From positions 1,408,001 through 1,472,000 of the forward strand of contig OY970309.1 of the NCBI GenBank assembly GCA_963716395.1: 64,000 nt of DNA, read 5' to 3'. Every line of letters starts with the position of its first letter. Positions within the stretch are counted from its first letter, which is position 1. Shown piece by piece: positions 57,037-64,000 of the stretch. This stretch comes from an uncultured Fibrobacteria bacterium. Lineage in GTDB: Bacteria > Fibrobacterota > Fibrobacteria > UBA11236. Below the pieces are notes generated by a model. It made no database searches. It was not told the DNA's origin and saw only the letters and a program-made list of their open reading frames with translations. A program made the position numbers and the translations under genes.

Positions 57037-58692
57037 ATGAGCCGCAGGCCGGGACCGAAATGGGGCCAGGCAGCGATGGTGTTTGGGCTGGCCGCCATGA
57101 CTTTGCCGGTGCAGGCGCAATTCACCTATCCGGGTTGCGCGGCCGTGGACTCCGCCGACTTTCACATGGTGCCGCTGGTCACCAATAAAACCGACAACAC
57201 CATGCAAGAGCCGTTGAAAATGGCGCTGCATGCGAACGCCCAGGGTAACGTAGATGTTTACTTCGTGCAGCGTTACGGCCTGGTGCGCAAGTATGACGGA
57301 ACGGCCAAGTCGGTGACCAATCTTGCCAATTTCAACTACGGAACCGACTCGATTTCGGCCGGCTACAGCGAGGGCCTGGAAGGCATCGCTCTGGATCCCG
57401 CCTTCGACAGCAACCACTGGATGTACCTCTACTTGGCCATCAAGACCTCCTGGCGCGTGGAGCGCTATACCCTGAGCGGCAATTCTCTGGATCTTTCGAC
57501 CAAGAAAACCATTTTCGCCGTGACGGCTCCGGCATACAGCCAGCACATGGGCGGCACAGTGCGCTTTGATTCCGACGGGAACATGTGGATTTCCATGCCC
57601 GACGACGGCGGGGGTACGGTGCCGACCGTCGCGGTCGACACCGATTTGTACTTGGCCGCCAACACCAACAGCTATTTCGGAAAGATCCTGCGCATCAAAC
57701 CGATCGATTTCCCCGACGACCAGAATCCGTCGCCCGGTGCGGGCGCGACCTATACCATTCCCGACGGCAACCTCTTTCCAGCGGGGACGGCCAAGACCCT
57801 GCCCGAGATTTATATCATGGGCGATCGCAATCCGTATACCATCGACTTCGACCCGGTGCGCAAGGCTGTGACCTGGGGTGAAGTGGGGCCCGACAATTTT
57901 CCGAGCGCCACCGACAGCAATCAATGGACCGAGGAGGACAACTTTTCCAAGCAACCGGGATTTTTCGGATGGCCGTATTGGGCCGGCAACCAAACCAATC
58001 TGCCGACCCAGCCGCTGCCTGCCGGCAGCACGCCGGCGCATCCGATCAACAACCGTTCCGACAATACCGGGCTCACCAACCTACCTCCGGCCATCCCGCC
58101 CATCGTGCATTACGTAAAGAGCTGCGCCATCACCGGACCGGTGTACTATTACGACGGCAGCAATCCCTCCACCATCAAATTTCCCCCGCATTTCAACGGG
58201 GCTTGGTTCATCGGCGATTTCGATTTTTCGTGGATTGACGCCGTTCAACTCAATGCCGCGGGTACGGCCATCACCAACCGCATGCGCGTGGTGTCGGCCG
58301 CCAGCACCAACAGCACTTTGTACTCACCTTTGGAAATGCAAATGGGTCCGGACGGTGCCTTGTACGTGGTCAATTACGCCGGATACCGATCCTTCAGCTC
58401 CACAACCGGTATTTACCAGATTCAATACACGGGCTCCCCCTGCCAGCCCGCGGCGGAATTGCCCGAAGCGGAATCCTTGAAACCCGAGGTGAATTGGAGC
58501 GCGGGCCAGGTGGTGATAAATCGGTTCGGGCCGGCGTCGATCCAGGTGCATAATCTTTCCGGCCACTTGGAATGGTCGCAGCATGTGCAGGGGCCGGGGC
58601 GATTCGATTTGAGCGCGGTGCAGGCGCCCGGAGTTCATCTCGTCCGGGTGACCGCCTCGACGTGGCAGCACGATTTCAAATTCGTGCGGTGA
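57037..58692 (+). CDS. Secreted PQQ-dependent sugar dehydrogenase-like (GSDH) beta-propeller with C-terminal sorting-like domain
   Basis: Signal peptide, EGL.GIALDP.F, H.GG...F, GKILRI, Y.IP.GN, PEIY.MG.RNP, GWPY and GPDGALYV. Confidence 0.82.
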   Translation: MSRRPGPKWGQAAMVFGLAAMTLPVQAQFTYPGCAAVDSADFHMVPLVTNKTDNTMQEPLKMALHANAQGNVDVYFVQRYGLVRKYDGTAKSVTNLANFNYGTDSISAGYSEGLEGIALDPAFDSNHWMYLYLAIKTSWRVERYTLSGNSLDLSTKKTIFAVTAPAYSQHMGGTVRFDSDGNMWISMPDDGGGTVPTVAVDTDLYLAANTNSYFGKILRIKPIDFPDDQNPSPGAGATYTIPDGNLFPAGTAKTLPEIYIMGDRNPYTIDFDPVRKAVTWGEVGPDNFPSATDSNQWTEEDNFSKQPGFFGWPYWAGNQTNLPTQPLPAGSTPAHPINNRSDNTGLTNLPPAIPPIVHYVKSCAITGPVYYYDGSNPSTIKFPPHFNGAWFIGDFDFSWIDAVQLNAAGTAITNRMRVVSAASTNSTLYSPLEMQMGPDGALYVVNYAGYRSFSSTTGIYQIQYTGSPCQPAAELPEAESLKPEVNWSAGQVVINRFGPASIQVHNLSGHLEWSQHVQGPGRFDLSAVQAPGVHLVRVTASTWQHDFKFVR

Positions 58693-58696
58693 AACC

Positions 58697-60853
58697 TTAC
58701 TCCGGAATTTCTTCGCGCAACCGTTCGGCCAGCAAGGTGTTGCGCGCCACCACCGGATTGTTTTCCACGCTGCGGCGCACCGCGGCCCAATGGCCCACCA
58801 GGGCCAGATGCTCGCGGGCGCGGGTGATGCCGGTGTAAAGCAGGTTGCGCTGCAACATGACCCAATGGCTTTTGGCCAGGATCAACACCACGGCCCTGAA
58901 TTCGCTGCCCTGGCTTTTATGCACGGAGATGGCATAGGCCAGAGTGATTTGATCGAGCGCTTCGTCGGCATAGGCAACGCTTTCGCCGTCGAAGTCGATG
59001 TCTAACTCGCCGTCTTCGCGGCGTACGCGGGCGACCCGTCCGATGTCGCCGTTGAACACGCCTTTGTCATAATTGTTGCGGAGTTGCATCACTTTATCGC
59101 CCACGCGAAAACGGCGATCGCGATGGCGCCATTCGGGTCCTGAGGGGTTGAGCCGCTTTTGCAACGCCTCGTTCAGCGCCAGCGTTCCCAACGGCCCCTG
59201 ATTCATGGGCGTCAGCACCTGGATGTCGTCGAAGGGATGAAAGCCGAAGCGCGCGGGCAAACGGTCGCAGGCCAGATCCAGCGCGGTTTCCAGGGTGTCG
59301 GCCGCATCGCCGCATTCGATGCGCTCGAAGTTGCCGCCTTCTCCGGCTTCGGGCAATTGGCCCTGATGGATGCGATGGGCGTTGCGCACGATGCGCGAAG
59401 CGTCGGCCTGGCGGAAGATGCGCGACAAATGCAGATGCGGCACGGCCTGCGAGCGGATGAATTCGGCCAACACCTTGCCCGGCCCCACCGACGGCAGTTG
59501 ATCGGGATCGCCGACCAGCACTAGGCGCGTGCCCGGGCGCACCGCGCGCAGCAAGGCATACATGAGCGGCGTGTCGATCATGGAAACTTCGTCGACCACC
59601 AGCGCGTCGCAGGGCAGGGGATTTTCTTCACCATGCACGAAACCCCGCGTCGTGGGATCGTATTTGAGCAGGCGGTGCAAGGTCGAAGCGCGCTGCCCCG
59701 TCACATCGGAAAGCCGGCGCGCGGCGCGGCCCGTGGGCGCGGCCAGGCGCAGGCTCAAGCCCGCTTTGGCGAACACGTGCAGAATGGCCGATACCGTGGT
59801 GGTTTTGCCCGTACCCGGCCCGCCGGTGAGCAGAAACAGCCCTTCGTTCACGGCCCGTTCGATGCCTTGAATCTGCTCGGCGCTGAAGGCGAAACCGTTT
59901 CCCGCATGCGTTTCGGCCTCGCGCACCGCCGCCGCGATTAAATCGCGCGGCAGGGGTTTGAGCCCCAGCCGCAACAGGCGCGCGCGCCGGGCGATGCCCG
60001 ACTCGGAATAAAACAGGTACGGCGGATAAAAATTGTCCGACGCATCGCGTTTCATCTCGTCGTTGGCGGCCAGATGATCCAAGGTGAACACGATTGTTTC
60101 CGCTTCGCATTGCAACAGTTCGCCAGCCTTGGCGATGAGCGCGTCGCGGGTCAGAAAAACGTGGCCGCTTTCCGCGGCGCGGCTCAGGGCAAAGGCCAGA
60201 CCGGCGCGCACGCGTTCGAAGCAGTCGGTGGAGAATCCGAGTTTGCGCGCGATGTCGTCGGCTTTCAAAAAACCGACGCCCCAAAGCTCGTCGGCCAGCC
60301 GGTAGGGGTTTTCCTTGAGCACTTCCACGGCCTCGGAGCCGTAGTGCTTGAGAATGCGGTGGCTGAGTCCCAAGGTGAGCTGGTGGGCCTGCAAAAACAG
60401 CATGACACCGCGCGCGGCCTTGTTCTCCTCCCACGATTGCAGTACGCGATCCTTGCGCTGGCCGCGCAGTTCCCGGATCTCCTGCAAGCGTTCGGGATGA
60501 TGGTCCAACACGTCGAAGGTGGCTTCGCCGAAGCGGGCCACCAGACGCTGGGCCAACACCGGACCGATGCCCTTGATGGCGCCGCCGCCGAGATAGCGCT
60601 CAATGGCTTCGGCTCCCGAAGGCGGCACCAAGGTGTAGCCTTGGGCGCGGAACTGCTCCCCGAAAATTTCATGCCGCACCCATTCGCCCACCAGGTCGAG
60701 GGTTTCGCCGGGCGTAAGGCGGGGAAAGTGCCCTACCACGGCGAAGATTTGGGCCGATGAGGCATGCGTGAATTTCAGTACCGAATACCCGTTTTCCGGG
60801 TTGTGGAAGGTCACGGTTTTGACCACGGCGCGGCGGATTTCAGAAGAGGCCAT
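58697..60853 (-). CDS. recD2: ATP-dependent RecD-like DNA helicase (RecD2)
   Basis: HhH GIGP..A, TGGPGTGKTT, APTGRAA, VDEVSM, GDPDQLPSVG, NGDIG, YA.SVHKSQGSE and LYT.ITRA. Confidence 0.94.
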   Translation of the reverse strand: MASSEIRRAVVKTVTFHNPENGYSVLKFTHASSAQIFAVVGHFPRLTPGETLDLVGEWVRHEIFGEQFRAQGYTLVPPSGAEAIERYLGGGAIKGIGPVLAQRLVARFGEATFDVLDHHPERLQEIRELRGQRKDRVLQSWEENKAARGVMLFLQAHQLTLGLSHRILKHYGSEAVEVLKENPYRLADELWGVGFLKADDIARKLGFSTDCFERVRAGLAFALSRAAESGHVFLTRDALIAKAGELLQCEAETIVFTLDHLAANDEMKRDASDNFYPPYLFYSESGIARRARLLRLGLKPLPRDLIAAAVREAETHAGNGFAFSAEQIQGIERAVNEGLFLLTGGPGTGKTTTVSAILHVFAKAGLSLRLAAPTGRAARRLSDVTGQRASTLHRLLKYDPTTRGFVHGEENPLPCDALVVDEVSMIDTPLMYALLRAVRPGTRLVLVGDPDQLPSVGPGKVLAEFIRSQAVPHLHLSRIFRQADASRIVRNAHRIHQGQLPEAGEGGNFERIECGDAADTLETALDLACDRLPARFGFHPFDDIQVLTPMNQGPLGTLALNEALQKRLNPSGPEWRHRDRRFRVGDKVMQLRNNYDKGVFNGDIGRVARVRREDGELDIDFDGESVAYADEALDQITLAYAISVHKSQGSEFRAVVLILAKSHWVMLQRNLLYTGITRAREHLALVGHWAAVRRSVENNPVVARNTLLAERLREEIPE

Positions 60854-60910
60854 CGGACACATTAATAATAGGGAAACCGGGAAGGGCCGGCGTGCCCGCG
60901 GTCACGGCCG

Positions 60911-60938
60911 AAAAAGAAAAGGGCCCGGAGGCGGGCCC
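60911..60938 (-). terminator. Rho-independent terminator after the small basic ORF
   Basis: Minus strand reads gggcccg-cctc-cgggccc-TTTTCTTTTT. Confidence 0.8.
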
Positions 60939-60975
60939 GATGGTTTGGGAAACGAAACCGGACGTTTGGTTTCGA

Positions 60976-61071
60976 CTAAACCAGTTTTTTCTTGTGGCGG
61001 TTCAGGCGACGGCGTTTCTTGCGCTTGTGGGTCGCCATTTTTTTCCGCTTGCGTTTTTTGCCACAGGGCAT
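60976..61071 (-). CDS. 31-aa basic protein, AURKAIP1/COX24 (mS38/bS22-like ribosomal protein) family
   Basis: MPCGKKRKRKKMATHKRKKRRRLNRHKKKLV, with a GAGG RBS and its own terminator. Too short for the supplied ORF track. Confidence 0.85.
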   Translation of the reverse strand: MPCGKKRKRKKMATHKRKKRRRLNRHKKKLV

Positions 61072-61265
61072 TTTGACCTCAAAGCTTCCGAAAAGACAGG
61101 GCGATGAAAAGTGGATTATCACGGATTATTTGTCAAATTTCTGGCGGGTATGGACCACCGATTCGGCCGGCTTTCGACCCGGCCCCGCCGCGAATTCCCG
61201 TCCTGACCCGGGAGAGGTTCCGGGCTTCGTAACGCCTCACGGCAAAAGGTCGGCAAAGCCCGACC

Positions 61266-62657
61266 TCAGAACGTGGTGGTTGCGAGGCGTTGCAACAAGG
61301 CGTGGGCGAAACCTTCCAAATCGGGATCACGCGCGCCCATGCTGAGCACTACGTCGCCGGGCCGGGCAGCTTTCGCCACGGCTTCCAGGACTGCGCTTTT
61401 TGCCGAGAGGTAAACGCCGATGCGTTTGCGGGCATTGAGGTGGGCCACCAGGTCGGCCGAACCGAGGCTTTGCTCGGCCGTACCGCCGGCGTAATAGATA
61501 TCCGGTACGAAAAGGAGATCATCAGCGCCCAGCACTTCGGCGGCGGCGTCCATGATGTCGAAACCCATCAATTTCATGGGAGCGAACCCATGCGGATGGA
61601 AGATGGCCAACACCCGCCGGTTCAGCCCGATAGCCAGATCCTTGGCGGTTGCAAGCGCGGCTTTCACCTTGGCCGGATTATGCGCGAAGTCGTCGATGAC
61701 CGTGATGCCGTGGGCTTCTCCGACTTTGATCCAGCGGCGTTCCACACCCGCGAAGGCGTCGAGCCCCCGGGCGCAAGCGGCGAGCGGAATCCCGAGCAGC
61801 CGGGCGGCGGCCACGGCCGCCAAGGCATTGATCACATTGTGGCGGCCGGGAAGATGGACAACGAATGGCACCTGATCTAAGGTGAAATGCGAAGACCAGG
61901 GCGAGAACGTGGCCGAATTCAAACGCGCGTCGGCGGCTGTCGACTGGGTGAACACCGCGTCTTCGGGCCGCCGCAGGGCCGCGCAGCGGGCATCATCGCC
62001 ATTGAGCACCGCGCGCCGGCTTTGCGCCACAAAGGTTTGGAACAAAGGCAAAAGCGCGGCGATTTCTTTGTGATCCTTTTCGATGTTCAGAACCAATCCG
62101 ACTTCAGGGTGATAGCGCGTCACACTGCCGTCGGATTCATCGGCCTCGATGACCAGCCAGGCTCCGGCGCCGGCCGCAGCATTGCCGAGCCGGCCTTGGG
62201 AGCGCAGCGACAGCAGATTTGCTCCCGTGATGAGGCCCGGTTCCCAACCGGCCGCGACGAGAATGTGATACAGCATGCCCGTGACCGTGGATTTTCCCGA
62301 AGTGCCGGCCACGGCCAAAGTTTTTTTTTCGGCCGCCAGCGCGGCCAAGAGGTCGGAGCGGTGCAGAATGGGCAAAGACAGCGCTTGGGCGCGGCGAATT
62401 TCGGGATGATCCGGCTCGATGGCCGTGGAAAGTATGAGGGCGGTGTGATCCGCCGTAAGCTCCAAGCCGTCCTGCGCGTACAGGCGAATGCCGAGGCCTT
62501 CGAAATAGGCGCGCTTGCCGGCTTCGGCGCCGCGATCGAAGCTGCGATCCGATCCCGCCACGGCACGTCCCGAAAAGCGCAGGTATTGGGCCACGGCGCT
62601 CATGCCTCCGCCGGCGATACCGGAGAAGTAGCAGTGGTCGAACAGCGAAGGAAGCAC
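61266..62657 (-). CDS. murC: MurC-like UDP-N-acetylmuramate-L-alanine ligase
   Basis: GIAGGGMSA, GSD, AGTSGKSTVT, EADESDG, LN...DH, G.HN..NA, DDFAHNP and MGA. The GTG start overlaps the upstream TAG. Confidence 0.8.
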   Translation of the reverse strand: MLPSLFDHCYFSGIAGGGMSAVAQYLRFSGRAVAGSDRSFDRGAEAGKRAYFEGLGIRLYAQDGLELTADHTALILSTAIEPDHPEIRRAQALSLPILHRSDLLAALAAEKKTLAVAGTSGKSTVTGMLYHILVAAGWEPGLITGANLLSLRSQGRLGNAAAGAGAWLVIEADESDGSVTRYHPEVGLVLNIEKDHKEIAALLPLFQTFVAQSRRAVLNGDDARCAALRRPEDAVFTQSTAADARLNSATFSPWSSHFTLDQVPFVVHLPGRHNVINALAAVAAARLLGIPLAACARGLDAFAGVERRWIKVGEAHGITVIDDFAHNPAKVKAALATAKDLAIGLNRRVLAIFHPHGFAPMKLMGFDIMDAAAEVLGADDLLFVPDIYYAGGTAEQSLGSADLVAHLNARKRIGVYLSAKSAVLEAVAKAARPGDVVLSMGARDPDLEGFAHALLQRLATTTF

Positions 62658-63586
62658 TAACCGGTTCCTGGATTCTCGAGCATGTCGTCGATTTCGCTCA
62701 AGACCAGGTGATCGTCCCAAAGATTTTCGCCGCGATCGAGCATGCTGCGCTGCTTGACCACGCTGCGCGCATGCGCCAGGGCTTCGGCGATGTCGTTGGA
62801 ACCTTTGTTTTCCGAGGCGATGCGGTTCAGCGCCGCGGGCAGGCCGCTCAAATCGCCCACCGATCCCAGCGCTACTACGGCTTCGTAGCGCACTTCCAGG
62901 TTGGGATGCCGCGTCAATTCGGCCAACCGGTTTTCGGCCGCGTGCAATTGCAGAATGTGCGAGGCGTGCGCGGCCTCGATGAGCACATTCTCGTTTTCGC
63001 TCCACAATTCTTCGAGCACGATGCGTTCAAATACGGGATCGCGCACCAAGCCCATGGCGTACAGCGCGCTCACTTTGACCCAATGGTTCGGAGCCTCGCG
63101 GTAATAACGCAGCACCAGCTCGCGTACGTCCGGCTTCCAGCCCAGATATCCCAACGATTCCAGCACGCGGCGGCGCACTTCCATGCTTTCCATGAGCGCG
63201 TCGATGCGGCCGAAGAGAAACTCTTTGACCGTTTGATAGAATTCCGGATTGACCGCCGGTGAGGGTGCCTGCACGTTGTCGGGCAAATCATCTTCGTATT
63301 CGAGTCCGTCATGGATTACGTTGCCCAGGCAATTGCTGGCCACGCTGCGCACGTCTTCTTCGGAATGTTCGGCGGCGAGACGCAGCACTTTTTCGAACAA
63401 TTCCTGATGTGCGGCAAAGGCGCCGGCTGCCTGCAAGGCGGCGATTACGATGTCGGCGTCGGGTGTGTGCAGATATTCCAAAAGCTGCCGGGGAGCGTCG
63501 AGGCCGTCGACATCACGATTGGCGATGGCCTCGATGCGCTTCAGGATTTCCGCTTTTTCTTCCTTGCTGGAAGCCGCATTTTCCAT
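62657..63586 (-). CDS. HEAT-repeat protein
   Basis: Repeated VR..A...LG units (DVRSVASNCLG, EVRRRVLESLG, VKVSALYAMG, EVRYEAVVALG). Confidence 0.8.
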   Translation of the reverse strand: MENAASSKEEKAEILKRIEAIANRDVDGLDAPRQLLEYLHTPDADIVIAALQAAGAFAAHQELFEKVLRLAAEHSEEDVRSVASNCLGNVIHDGLEYEDDLPDNVQAPSPAVNPEFYQTVKEFLFGRIDALMESMEVRRRVLESLGYLGWKPDVRELVLRYYREAPNHWVKVSALYAMGLVRDPVFERIVLEELWSENENVLIEAAHASHILQLHAAENRLAELTRHPNLEVRYEAVVALGSVGDLSGLPAALNRIASENKGSNDIAEALAHARSVVKQRSMLDRGENLWDDHLVLSEIDDMLENPGTG

Positions 63587-63722
63587 TTCTGGAAATTAAG
63601 AATATCCCGAGGCGGTGACATCTTCTCTCCAGCGACCGCCCGGAACGCCGAACCGCGGAATAGCCGCGGAATCGGCGAGGCCGAAAGAGGTTCTACCTTT
63701 TTTCCCCTGCGCGGGAGGTCCA

Positions 63723-64000
63723 ATGAAAACCTGTTTGGTGTGCCAAAGCGATGCGGATCGGGTGGAACTTCAGCGCCTTCCGGTGCAACGGGAAGGATCG
63801 CCGTTCGGTGATTTTTTGATTTGCAAAGGCTGCTTCGAATTGTTGGGGGCCGACGAAGTGAAGCGTCTGATCGCCGAAGCGGTGCGCGAGCGCAGCTATG
63901 ACGCTTCGCAATTCATCGCCGCGGAAGGCGAGGCTGCCCCGGAGGACGAAACGCCCTTGCCGCGCGAGTTAGAATTCACGGTGGCGCAGGCTGTGTTGCG
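63723..64000 (+). CDS. Hypothetical protein with N-terminal CxxC...CxxC motif, 3'-truncated by the window edge
   Basis: GGGAGG RBS, then MKTCLVCQ...LICKGCFE; open to the end of the window. Confidence 0.6.
   Translation, partial: MKTCLVCQSDADRVELQRLPVQREGSPFGDFLICKGCFELLGADEVKRLIAEAVRERSYDASQFIAAEGEAAPEDETPLPRELEFTVAQAVL

Overview
High-GC bacterial chromosomal window, most likely Fibrobacterota, inferred from a TIGR02147-like gene paired with a lipoprotein and from secreted enzymes with a CTD-like tail. In order it contains: (1) a TIGR02147/lipoprotein pair. (2) A ~6.3 kb segment bounded by a 67-bp direct repeat, carrying a secreted DUF1080 protein and three tandem paralogous putative outer-membrane beta-barrels. 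(3) A pgm-glgX-HAD-ackA-xfp-class I aldolase-P-type H+-ATPase cluster ending at tRNA-Ala. (4) A Phd/VapC toxin-antitoxin pair. (5) A NikR-type Ni/Co locus with an ECF transporter, an RcnA-like protein, nikR and an unannotated 101-aa (HX)n His-rich protein. (6) A perfect-consensus promoter upstream of a small Zn-ribbon ORF. (7) An AraC-linked sugar/polyol-phosphate operon with no kinase or transporter. (8) SpoIID-def-yajC and tRNA-Arg. (9) A complete nuoA-N cluster with an MNT-HEPN toxin-antitoxin module inserted between nuoG and nuoH. (10) Housekeeping genes: aminotransferase, Nudix, hemF, lgt, a sigma-70 factor followed by a candidate sRNA, tex, a PQQ/GSDH-like protein, recD2, a 31-aa bS22/mS38-like ORF, murC-like and a HEAT protein. 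All calls come from motif recognition by eye; no database searches were run.
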